Below the pieces are notes generated by a model. It did not search any database. It was given only the letters and a program-made list of their open reading frames with translations, and had not been told where the DNA came from. DNA of 64,000 bases. Source: the human T2T-CHM13v2.0 reference genome, Homo sapiens. A program made the translations under genes and the position numbers. Where the stretch lies: NCBI RefSeq assembly GCF_009914755.1, contig NC_060928.1; one strand, given 5' to 3'. Shown in pieces: positions 31,449 to 48,739 of the stretch (its first letter is position 1; every line of letters starts with the position of its first letter).

Positions 31449-31763
31449 CTTTGATGACCTGAAAAAGAGATCCTTCATTGCTTAGCATTATGGCACTTCC
31501 AGTTTAAATGCTATTAAACTGCACCTCATTAGATTACCCTATTTTTAACTATTGTACAACTGATATTTCTAGATTATGTGATGATTGGGCATAAGACAAT
31601 TTAATGAACTTGTTTATTTGTGTCAGGTCCCTGAGGGTGTAGACTAAGTCTGAGCCAACTTCTTATTGCTCAGGTCTAGCAGAGCGTTTGGCATTAGTAT
31701 GTTGAAATGAAGAGGTAATGTAGAATACCATGGTATGAAGCACATATTCCTTAGGAAGCACCC

Positions 31764-32014
31764 TTGGGAAGCGGAGGCAGGCGGATCACGAGGTCAGGAG
31801 ATTGAGACCATCCTGGCTAACACGGTGAAACCTTGTCTCTACTAAAAATCCAAAAAAATTAGCCAGGTGTGGTGGCGGACACCTGTAGTCCCAGCTACTT
31901 GGGAGGCTGAGGCGGGAGAATGGCGTGAACCTGGGAGGTGGAGCTTTCAGTGAGCCGAGATCCTGCCACTGCACTCCAGCCTGGGCCACAGAGTGAGGAG
32001 TGAGACTCCATCTA

Positions 32015-32045
<31 letters not shown>
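31764..32045 (+). mobile_element. 5'-truncated AluY with a 30-A tail
   Basis: starts at 'ttgggaagcggagg'; AluY diagnostics; TSD ag(g/a)aagcaccctt at 31753-31765 and 32045-32057. Confidence 0.95.
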
Positions 32046-32047
<2 letters not shown>

Positions 32048-33642
32048 AAGCACCCTTATTGAGCCAGATGAATACATTTTAATAGATTTGACTCAGAATC
32101 ACCAACAGAAATAGAAAAATGCAAAGGGTCTGAAATGGGTGAAGCTGAGTTGAAACTATATCAGAAATTATCTCAAGGTGGTTTCTAGCGTCGTGGGGAA
32201 AAAGTGTCACACTGATTTCTGACTTGTGGTGGTTTTTGCTACCATGGTGAACAAGTGTTTCCAGTTTCAAAAGTCTTGTGTTTGCTAGTAACTCACAAAG
32301 TTTCCATTCACATTCACCAATAGCCTTTTACTGTCTCTTCATTGTCTTTCCAGGCCTCCTACAGTAGTGCCTCAATTTTGGTGGCTCTTACATTTTTACT
32401 TGAAGAGTTAGGCTGCATATTGAAGTAAGTTAGATCTGGATTTGTCGAGGCTCTTGGTGTGGTTTTCTACAGATATGAAAGAAATAAAGAAAAACTGCCT
32501 TTTGGTATCAATTTATTCATCTAAAAATCATGATCATAATAGAAGAGAGGATGTTTATTGTTAAAGAAAATTGGAAATAGGAAAACATGAATCCATTTTG
32601 AAAAAGAGCCTGATTTCATGGTAAATAATAAAAAATAAGTTTTATTAGGATTTTTATCTTAAAAACATAGAGTTATACACATAACTATTTCATCTAATAT
32701 GAAACAAGTTATAATTGCAGCTATGTGCTACTGCTACATGTGAAACTGGGAAGCATCTTGGAAGGGGGCCTAATGTTATAGTTTAGTGGATAAGTGAATA
32801 TTTTATATTATAAAAAAACCTTTGCTTCCTAATGTGACCTGGTAAATGTAGGGAGTTGAACAATAAACTTCCAAATAAATAGACTAACCTAAAGTTATTG
32901 TGTGGATAAACTAATATGCATGGAACACCTTTGTCATAGTGTTGGATAAATGACAGTCACTGCATAATATTAAAGCATGTATCTCCACTAGATCCCATGA
33001 CAATTATCCACTTAAGAAAAATGACAGCTTTAAAAAAGTGTCTGAATTTTTTAGGGATTTAGAAATTGTGTTTAGCACTTTCTTTTTCAAAAAATTTTCA
33101 GCTTATGGAAAAGTTTGGATTTATTAGTCAATACTACAAAAATCACTAACTCTTTACCTGCACTGTCCGACAGTAGTCCCTGTCCTCACCACTTCCCCTC
33201 TGTCCATGAACCCGATCCCTTCCTTTCATGAGGCAAATGATTCAGGTACATAAGCCTGTGTTAGAAAATGTGGAGAAAGACTGGAAATTAAGATGATCCT
33301 TTGAGTCTATGGCAAATGTCTGATGAAAATATGTACTGCTTGCTTGTTGAAACTTGATGGACTAGGCAAGAAAAATGTGAGTACATCTTGTTTTCAAACT
33401 CTAACCTGTCTTTCTGTGGCAAACAAGTTGTTTCCTTCTTCATTCAGATATTTAATTATAATCCCCTACTTGACCTGTGCTTTTCTCCAGGTTCTGTATA
33501 GTACCAGTGGGTATGTTGTAATTGACTGCATGCACTGGCAAGGAATCCTTTAAAAATAACTGGTGCAAATAATTAGGGTAATATTTCTTCTTTGGTGGCT
33601 AGTCAGGCAAATATGTGGATAAATTGGGTTCTCTTTCATTAC

Positions 33643-33645
<3 letters not shown>

Positions 33646-33674
<29 letters not shown>
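33646..33674. repeat. (CA)n microsatellite
   Basis: direct reading. Confidence 0.95.
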
Positions 33675-33677
<3 letters not shown>

Positions 33678-33688
33678 CAGTGTATAGC

Positions 33689-34004
33689 TGCCGGGCGCGG
33701 TGGCTCATGCCTGTAATCCCAGCACTTTGGGAGGCCGAGGCGGGTGGATCACAAAGTCAGGAGATTGAGACCAACCTGGCTAACATGGTGAAACCCCGTC
33801 TCTACTAAAAATACAAAAATTAGCTGGGCGTGGTGGTGGGCGCCTGTAGTCCCAGCTACTCGGGAGGCTGAGGCAGGAGAATGGCGTGAACCTAGGAGTT
33901 CACTGCAGAGCTGGCAGTGAGCCGAGTGCACTCCACTCGGCGTGGAGTGAGCCTCACTGCACTCCAGCCTGGGCAACAGAGCAAGACTCTGTTTCAAAAA
34001 AAAA
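33689..34004 (+). mobile_element. AluY with a rearranged right arm
   Basis: AluY diagnostics; TSD agaccagtgtatagc at 33674-33688 and 34005-34019; non-consensus inserts at 33899-33954. Confidence 0.95.
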
Positions 34005-34144
34005 AGACCAGTGTATAGCAAAAGCATCCAAGTAGCAAAATGCGTAATTTCATATTTAAATATTATCTTATTCTTCACCCATGAATAAATAATCTAAAGC
34101 TGTATACTAAAAGGAATGCTTTTTATTCATTTCTATTTAATATT

Positions 34145-34910
<766 letters not shown>

Positions 34911-35089
34911 TGTCCTGTTATAAAGGAAAGTCTTAAATTTATTAAATGCCTATTAGGTGTCAGACATTATAATACGTATATATACATATGTACATCATAT
35001 ATATGCTTTGATTTTTGCCTCCAGGTTATCCATTAATTTGATGTTTTGCTGACTGGCAAGGCTAAGAATGAGAAACAATTTTATTTTCC

Positions 35090-35480
35090 TGCACAGCAAA
35101 GCCCAACATTTCTGGGATCGCCATATGTCCTCTTAATTCTATTTGCAAACCAGTCAGTTCTTTGCTGAGTTTGTCCATTTTTTGGGGAATATTACCAAAC
35201 ACCTAGCAGAAACCTATTCACATTTTTAATATACTAGCCAGGAACCTGCTTGCCTAAGTTTACAAGTTTACTAAGTATATTTTCTGTCTCCAAATTATCA
35301 CAGGCAGCATTTATTTTAACCAAACATATTACTAATACATTAAATGGATCTTCATTTTTCTAGCCTCCTAGAAAGGAGCTTCATGGTCACCACCTGATCC
35401 CAAAGCCAGTGATACATATATTAGGTTTTTGGCACAGTAGTACCTCACGTCTCAGTACCAGTTATCAGAACTAGTTATCC
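35090..35480 (-). mobile_element. MaLR (MLT1) internal-region fragment
   Basis: 'cccaaagccagtgatacatatattaggtttttggcacagtagtacctcacgtctcagtacca' resembles the MaLR internal/LTR junction. Confidence 0.6.
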
Positions 35481-35784
35481 TCACTGTTTTTCTTGTGAGA
35501 AATTGAGGAGATATCCATTTGGAGCAAAAGGGAATGAAGACAGAAAAGACAAATGGGCCAAGCTTAGAATAAGAAATCTGAATTTTCATTTTCTTTTTAT
35601 TATGTTTTTAAGCATGCAATTCTTTTCTTTAGAAAACTTTATTGGCAAAAAATGATGATCAAATTGACACAAACATGAAGAACTCTGTCATCACTGTTCA
35701 TAAAACAGTCTCCAAGAAGAAAACAGAAATTAATCTTATGCCCCGAAATGTCTTCTTTATTCTCCTGAAATAGAGTGATAGACA

Positions 35785-35960
35785 CTATGGAGATGGCCTG
35801 GCATCTGATCTCTACCATTTACCAGTTGTATGACATTGGGCATCTTGTGTAATTTCTCTGGGCTTAGTTTATTTGTACAATAGGGGAAAGGATACCTACT
35901 TCCTGAAGTTATTGTGAGAATTAAATTTTAATAAATATTTATATATATTTAGTGCTTAGT
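35785..35960 (+). mobile_element. MIR
   Basis: 'ctctaccatttaccagttgtatgacattgggca...gttattgtgagaattaaat'. Confidence 0.8.
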
Positions 35961-38058
35961 AGGGAAAGAAGTCAGAGATCGCATCTAGAGGAATTGCCTT
36001 GGGTATCCACATGTACCTCCCATACAGAAAAGAACATAATTTCCTATGTATTATAATAGCTGCTTTAAGCTTTACATTTGTTGACTCTTAAAAGTTTTTA
36101 TGAATATTTGTTGTTAGAATTTAGAGTCTGAAAGAAAGCTATTGAAAAAAATATTTTAATTATTGACCATATTTCCTATCATTGATTAGGCTGGATTTAA
36201 ATGGCTCTGGTGAACCCAGCCTAATGATTTTAGCCATCTTAATTAGTAATCAGTTGGAATTAATAAATGATTTATGTAATGGCCCAGGGTGAATTTTCAA
36301 TGCCTTAAAATACTTAAATATCACATTAATTCCTTTTGATAATATCATATATTAGGATAGTAATCATCCTATATAACCCTGACATTATTAAAATTGCTCA
36401 TAGATCCTGTGATTAAACTAGGCCATCAGAGTCACACGAATATTTATTTATAAATTGTCCTCCTTCTTCATCATTACATTGTTTTTATTGAAATGTAATT
36501 TGACTTGGTTTCATGTGCCTATATCAAGAAAGGTAAGAATAAGTCTGTGAAAACTAACTTGTCACTGTATTTAATATAAATATAATGTCTGACATTACAG
36601 TTTTTCTCAAGATGATCCATAGAAGAAATTTCTCTTCAATTTCATTTTAAAAGGGTGTGTTTTTCCTTTATATCAGGTGTATATTTGCTGTATAAATACA
36701 GTAAATTTTCCAAACATTTATCTCTTGATTTGGGTTGAACACACAAGATTTTGTGCATGCAGTTTGTATACTAACCTTCTTCTATCTTCCTTTTTGTTTT
36801 TCTACCCTACTTTTCTTTCACCTAAGATTTATTACATATATTGTATTTATTTTACTTTGCTATATTCTTTATCTGTAAGTCATGTCTTAGTTTAAACCCC
36901 TCCTAAAACAACAAAAGATAAAATTAATTTTATCAGTGATTAAAGTCACTGAGAGACTTCACTGATATTCAGCTATAATGAATGTAATTTAATATTCAGC
37001 TTACCTGTGCGGAAATAAATAAGTCTCACCAGGGTACCATTTTCTAAGGGTTGCTTCTCAACTGGCTTATACATGCTGGATGCCAGAATCTTTTCCACAA
37101 TTCTCAGTTGACTTGAGACATGTATGGTAGCTCATATATGTCTTTAAAATTGCTGGATGTTATTTTTGGTAAGAAAAATATTAATTGAGAATATATAACT
37201 CTATGATATATAATTAATTATGTTGTAATCATGAAATTATTAATCAAATATAAGCTCACAGAGAGCAGACCAGTGGTTATACAGACTGTAGTATGAATTG
37301 TGAATCCTTCCCACAAGGGATAAGTGGAAATCTTAGTTTAAGAAAGCTAGTTTTTCAATCAATAAGTTTTCAATCAATAAGCATTTCTAACTCATGTAAA
37401 CATTGGGGAAGTGGGTGTAAACTCTGCAAAAGCATGTGGTCACTAGAGTATTGTTTATATTATTTATCCTGAAAAATTAATTAGTATTGTGTCTATTCTA
37501 AGACAACATCTTTGGCTGGTTTTGAACAAAGGCCAGCTTGTTTGTGTATTTATATTTCTCTGATGCTGGAAGATGGCATATTTTAATTATATGCCTCAAA
37601 GCAGATCAGACACTGGAGAACTTAGAGTTTTAATAAGCACAAGCTGCTACCTTCATGGGAAGAGAAACCTTTATGCCTTTTCCGCATCATTGGTTTCTTC
37701 GTTTCATTTTCCAGCCTGAAAACCAAAGGCATGAAACTATATTAATCCAGTAGCTGAGAGGCATATTTAAAATAAAGGATTTGAAGTTATTTGAGCAATA
37801 GCTTTCCTGGAATTTCCAATTAGTTGATATTGTGATCAGAATGACTGACAGGCTGTTAAGTAAAGCCTACAAAGAATTTGTCAATTCTAGCTTTACTAAA
37901 ATTATTATTTTTGCAATGTTTGACATTTGAAAGAAAACATTAATTTTAATAACTTATGATGATCTTATGACTCTCTTATTTATAATATTTTAGACACTTC
38001 TAATATTTAAAGCCTGTCAATATTCTAATATGATCTTGTTTGTCTTCATTTTGTATAA

Positions 38059-38521
<463 letters not shown>

Positions 38522-38584
38522 TAAGAAATAAACATTTGCATTTATTTGCATAACCAAAGTAGTAGGAAAGCATAACAGTTTTCA

Positions 38585-38850
38585 TGTATCTATATATTTA
38601 ACATATATTCATAATATATATGTTATAAATATGTATTATATATATTTATAAATATATATTTAAATATATATTTAAATATATGTACTTGTATAGCTTTATG
38701 TTAAATATATTTAAATGTTAAATATATCTATAATTCATAAATATGTATATGGATTGCAGATATGTTGAATATATCTATATATTTGTATTTAAATACCTAT
38801 ATATTTATATCTATATTAATATAGATATATTGATATACTTAACATTTTTA
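38585..38850. repeat. (TA)-rich low-complexity tract containing a 26-bp palindrome (38649-38674)
   Basis: taaatatatatttaaatatatattta is self-complementary. Confidence 0.85.
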
Positions 38851-39370
38851 AATGTTCAAAAGAGTGTACATTGAAATATGTCCTTCCTACTTCTGTTACT
38901 CAGCCAACAGTTGCCCTCCCAGCAAAAACACCTGTTACTACTTACTTACGTATCCTTCCGGAGATGTTCAGTGCACACGCAATCATGCACATATATTGTT
39001 CCTCTTTGTTATAAAGCAGCTACACACTATATATTTCATTCTTTAGTTTGTTTTTATTTCCAGTAAAAATATTTTTGAATTTGTATATAGTTATTGATAT
39101 AGACATACAGTTATATACCAATTTAGCCTATATTCATGGGCATTTAGATTTCCAATCTTCTGTTACTATTTGATTAGTCCCTATTGATGGGGATTTAGAT
39201 TTCCAATACTGTGCTACTACAAATGATATTTCTGCAAAATTTTGTACATGTATAACATATCAGTAAGATAAATTCCTGAGAGTGGAAAATAATTTTTAAT
39301 TATGGTAGATATTTGTGAATTGTTTCCTATGGAAATTTTATCAATTTACATTGCCACTGGCAATGTATAA
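38850..39370 (-). mobile_element. L1ME-like host element, left part (resumes ~52240-53800)
   Basis: 'ccctattgatggggatttag...gataaattcctgagagtggaa...caatttacattgccactggcaatgtataagagt'. Confidence 0.7.
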
Positions 39371-42317
39371 GAGTATCTTTTTTGCTTCCAGCTTTATTGA
39401 TGTATAGTTGAGAAACAAAAATTCTATATTTTATACTTAAAGTGTACAATGTGGTCTTTTGATATTTGTATACACTGTGAAGTGATTACCACTATCAAGC
39501 TAATTAATACATCCACCTCCTCACGTAGACTTTGTGTGTGTATATGTAGTAAGAACATTTAAGATCTCCTCTCTGCAAATTTCAAGTGTGTAATACATTA
39601 TTATTTACTATAGTATCCATGTTGTACATTAAATCTCCAGGACTTATTCATCCTACTTAAGTGAAACTTTGTACCCCTTGACCAACATCTCCCCATTTCC
39701 TGTCTCACCCAGCCCCTGGCAGTTGCCCTACTATTCTCTACTTCTGTGACTTCGACTTCTTTAGATTTTTCACATATAGATGAGATCATGTAGTATTGTC
39801 TTACTGTTCCTAGAGTATCTCACTTAGGGTCAGGTTCATTCATGTTGTGGCAATTTACATTAGTTCTCTCTTTTTAAAGGCTGAGTAATATTGCATTGTA
39901 TATATTTACCACATTTTCTTTATTCATTCATCTGTTGATGGTCACAAGTTGATTCCATATCCTGGCTATTGTGAATAATGCTGCTGTGAACATGAGAGTG
40001 CAGATATTTATTCAAGATTACTCATTTCATTTCCATTGGATATGTACCCCAAAGTGAGTTGCTGGATCATATAGTAGTTCTATTTTTTAGTTTTTTGAGG
40101 AACTCCCATACTGTTTCCCATAATGGCTGTAATTTACATTTTCACCAAGTGTGTAAGTGTTCCTTTTTCTTCACATCCTCACCAACACTAGTAATCTTCT
40201 GTCTTTTTGATAAAAGCCATTCTAACTGGGGTGAGATGATATCTCATTGTAGTTTTGATTTGCACTTCCCTGATGACAAGTGATGTTGAGCACTTTTCAT
40301 ATATTTGTTGGCCATTTTGTTTGTCTTCCTATGTGAAATGTCTATTCAAGTTTTTACCCGTTTTTAATTGAGTAATTTGTTTTCTTTCTTTGAGTTGTTT
40401 GAATTTCTTATATGTTTTTGATATTAACGCCTTATCGGATATAGTTAGCAAATATTTTCTGCCGTTCTGTAGATTGTCTTGTTGATTGTTTCCTTTGCAG
40501 TACAGAAGCTTTTTGATTTGATGTAATCACATTTGTCTATTTTAGCTTCCCTGCCTGTGCTTTTGATGTCATATCTAAAAAGTTTTTGTTAAACCAATGT
40601 CATGGAGCTTTTCCCCTATGTTTTCTTCTAGTGGTTTTACAGTTTCAGGTCTTGCATTTAAACCTTTAATTCATTTTGAGTTAATTTTTGTATATAGTGT
40701 AAGATGCGAGTATAATTAAATTCCTCTGCTTTCAGATATTTGCTTTTCCAAAAAACATTTATTTAAGAGACTGTCCTTTTCCCACTGTGTGTGCTTGTCA
40801 TCTTTGTGAAATACCAATTGACTATAAATGCATCCATTTATTTCTGGGCTCCCTATTTTGTTCCATTGGTCTATATGTCTGTTTTTATGCTGATACCGTG
40901 CTGTTTTGATTGCTCTATATTCGTAGTTTATTTTGTGATTAGGTAGTACGCTACATCTAGCTTGGTTCTTTTTGCTCAAGATTGCTTTGGCTATTTGGGG
41001 TCTTCTATTATTCCTTATAAATTTTAGGACTTTTTTTCTATTTCTGTAAAAAAAAAAAGTCATTGAAATTTTGATAGGAATTGCTTTGGCTCTATGGATT
41101 GCTTTGGTAGTAAGGACATTTAATTCTGCCAATCCACAAACACAGAATATCTTTCCATTTATTCGTGTCATCTTCAACTTATTTCATCAGTGTTTTACAG
41201 TTTTCAGGATACAGATATTTCACCTCCTTGGTTAAATTTATTCCTAAGAATTTTTTATGCAATCGTAAATGGGATTCCTTCCTTGATTTCTTTTTTCTGG
41301 TAGTTTATTGTTAGTGTATAGAAACACTATTGATTTTTGTATGTTGATTTTGTATCCTGCAACTTACGAAATTCATTTATTAGTTGTAATATCTAATTTG
41401 TTGAGAGTTTTTATTATCATGAAATGATCTTATTTTTTTTCAAATGCCTTATCTGCATCTATTGAAATGATCATATAATTTTAATACTTCATTCTGTTAA
41501 TATATTTATTACATTTATTGTTTTGCATACTTCAGACCATCCTTGAATGCCAGGTAGAAATCCCACTTGACCTGATGTATGATCTTTTTAATGTATGATT
41601 GATTTTCACTTAATAGTACTTTGTTGTGAATTTTTGCATCTATGTTCATCAGAAATATTGGATTTTTATTCTTTACGTGTATCCTTTTCTGGCTTTGGTA
41701 TCAGGATAATCCTGGCCTCATAATATGAGTTTGGAAGTACTTCTCCTCTTCAGTTTTTTTGAAAGAGTTTCAGGATTGGTATTAGTTTTTCTTTAAACAT
41801 TTGGTAGAATTTTGCAGTGAAGCCATCAGGTTCTGGGATTTTCTTTAATGGAAGAATTTATTACTGATTAAATCTCTTTACTCATTATTGATCTGTTCAG
41901 CTTTTCTATTTCTTCATGATTCAGTCTTGATAGGTTGTATGTTCCCGGCAATTCATCCATTTCTTCTAGGTTATCCATTTTTTTGGTGTATAATTGTTCA
42001 TAGTTGTCTTTTATGATCGTTTGTAGTTTTGTGGTTTCGGTTGTAATGTAGTTTCTTTTATTTATACCTTTGAGTGTTTGCTCTTTTTTTCTTAATCGAA
42101 TCTTTCTAGCCAAAGATTTGTCAATTTTGCTGATTTTTCAGCAAAACAACTCTTAGTTTCATTGATCTTTTCTACTTTTTTCTTATCTCTATTTCATTTA
42201 TTTCTGCTCTGATCATTATTATTTCCTATCTTCTACAAACTTTGGGCTTAAGTTGTTTTTCTTTTTCTAGTTCATTAAGGTACAATCTTAGGTTACTTAT
42301 TTGAGATGTTTCTTCTT

Positions 42318-43515
42318 TTTTATTTTTATTTTTATTTTTAAGTTTTAGATTCAAGGGGTACATATGCAAGTTTGTTACATGGGTGTATTGTATAATGCTA
42401 GCGTTTGACTTCTATTGAACTTACCACTCAGATGGTGAGCATAGTACCCAATAGGTAGTTTTTCAACCCTTTCCCTGAATTCTTTGTTTCTCCTTTTGGA
42501 GTCCCTAGTATCTATTGTTTTCATCTTTATGTCTGTGTGTACCCAATATTTAGCTCCCACTTGTAAGTGGGAACATGCAGTATTTGGTTTTGTGTTTCTG
42601 CATTAATTCACTTAAGACATTGGTTTCTACATCTATGTTACTGCAAAGGACCTGATTTCATTCTTTTTTTGTGGCTGTGTAGTATTGCATGTTGTCTATA
42701 TACCACATATTCTTCATCCGATCCACCACTGATAGGCACCTAGGTTGACTCTGCTATTGTGAATAGTTCTGTGATAAACATACTAGTACAAGTGTCTTTT
42801 GGGGAATTACTTCTTTTTCTTTGGGTAGATACCCAGTAATGAAATTGCTGGGTCAAAGAGTATATCTATTTTTAGTTCCTTGAGGAGTTTCTAAACTGCC
42901 TTCCACAATGGCTGAAATAATTTACATTCCCACCAATAGTGTATAAATGTTCTTTTTTCTTCACTTCTTTGCCAACATCTGTTATATTTTGACTTTTTAA
43001 TAACAGCCATTTTGACTGATGGGAGATGGTATCTCATTGTTTTAATTAGCATTTCTCTGATTATTAATAATATTGAGCATTTTTTCATATGTTTGTTGGC
43101 CACTTCTATGTTTTCTTTTGAGAAGTGTCTGTTCACATCCTTTGCCTACTTTTTAATGGAGTTATTTTTTTTTCTTGTTGATTTATTTAGGTTCTTTATA
43201 GATTATGGATCTAAGTCCTTCATCAGATTTATAGTTTGAAAATATTTTCTCCCATTCTGTAGGTTATCTTTCTACTCTGTTGACAGTTTATTCTGCTGTG
43301 CGCAAGCTCCTTAGTTTAATTAGGTTATAATTGTCAACTTTCATTTTTGTTGCATTTGCTTTTCAGGACTTAGTCATAAATTCTTTGCCTAGGCCAATGT
43401 CCAAAATAGTTTTTCCTACGAATTCTTTAAGGATTCTTATAATTTTAGGTCTTACATTTTAGTCATTAATCAATCTTGAGTTAATTTTTGTATATGGTGA
43501 GAAATAAGAGTCCAG
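42318..43515 (-). mobile_element. 5'-truncated L1PA15/16-like LINE-1
   Basis: 3'UTR 'gagcatagtacccaataggtagtttttcaaccc...ttttggagtccc'; ORF2 C-terminus [16 protein letters not shown]; host L1MA resumes at ~43516. Confidence 0.88.
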
Positions 43516-43864
43516 TTTTATTTGTAGGTGTTTATTGCTTCTCGCTTAGAACTTCTTTTGCTGTATCCCATAAATTTTGGTTTCTTGTTTCTCCTTTTTT
43601 GCTTGTCTTAAGATATTTTCAAATTTCCATTTTAATTTCTTTTTTAAAAATTTTATTATTATTATACTTTAAGTTTTAGGGTGCATGTGCACAACATGCA
43701 GGTTTGTTACATATGTATATATGGTCCATGTTGGTGTGCTGCACCCACTAACTTGTCATTTAGCATTAGGTATATCTCCTAATGCTATCCCTCCCCCCTC
43801 CCCCCACCCCAAACAGTCCCCGGTGTGTGATGTTCCCCTTCCTGTGTCCATGTGTTCTCATTGT

Positions 43865-47662
<3,798 letters not shown>

Positions 47663-47725
47663 TATGATGTTAGCTGGTTATTTTGCTCATTAGTTGATGC
47701 AGTTTCTTCCTAGCCTTGATGGTCT

Positions 47726-48739
47726 TTACAATTTGGCATGTTTTTGCAGTGGCTGTTACTGGTTTTTCCTTTCCATGTTTAGTGCTTCCTTCAGGAGCTC
47801 TTTTAGGGCAGGCCTGGTGGTGACAAAATCTCTCAGCATTTGCTTGTCTGTAAAGGATTTTATTTCTCCTTCACTTATGAAGCTTAGTTTGGCTGGATAT
47901 GAAATTCTGGGTTGAAAATTCTTTTCTTTAAGAATGTTGATTATTGGTCCCCACTCTCTTCTGGCTGATAGAGTTTCTGTCGAGAGATCTGCTGTTAGTC
48001 TGATGGGCTTCCCTTTGTGGATAACCCGACCTTTCTCTCTGGCTGCCCTTAACATTTTTACCTTCATTTCAACTTTGGTGAATCTGACAATTATGTGTCT
48101 TGGAGTTGCTCTTCTCGAGGAGTAATTTTGTGGCATTCTCTGTATTTCCTGAATCTGAATGTTGGCCTGCCTTGCTATATTGGGGAAGTTCTCCTGGATA
48201 ATATCCTGCAGAGTGTTTTCCAACTTGGTTCCATTCTCCCCATCATTTTCAGGTACACCAATCAGACGTAGATTTGGTCTTTTCACATAGTCCCATATTT
48301 CTTGGAGGCTTTGTTGGTTTCTTTTTATTCTTTTTTCTCTAAACTTCTCTTCTCACTTCATTTCATTCTTTTTGTCTTCCATCACTGATACTCTTTCTTC
48401 TAGTTGATCGCATCGGCTACTGAGGCTTCTGCATTTGTCATGTAGCTCTCGTGCCTTGGTTTTCAGCTCCATCAGGTCCTTTATGGACTTCTCTGCATTG
48501 GTTATTCTAGTTATCCATTCGTCTAATTTTTTTCAAAGCTTTTAACTTCTTTGCCATTGGTTCGAATTTCCTCCTGTAGCTTGGAGTAGTTTGATCATCT
48601 GAAGCCTTCTTCTCTCAACTTGTCAGTCATTCTCTTTCCAGCTTTGTTCTATTGCTGGTGAGGAGCTGCATTCCTTTGGAGGAGGAGAGGCCTTCTGATT
48701 TTTAGAGTTTTGAGTTTTTCTGCTCTGTTTTTTCCCCAT
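47726..48739 (-). pseudogene. ORF1: L1 ORF1, disrupted
   Basis: ATG at 48739; fragment 47756-48286 KRPNLRLIGVPE...RPALKELLKEAL ends at a premature stop. Confidence 0.92.

Noticed and set aside
32354-32424. Plus-strand 71-nt exon candidate with strong sites (gtctttccag| ... gaa|gtaagt)
   Set aside because: Peptide not recognised and no linked exons; may be a lncRNA exon but is unsupported.
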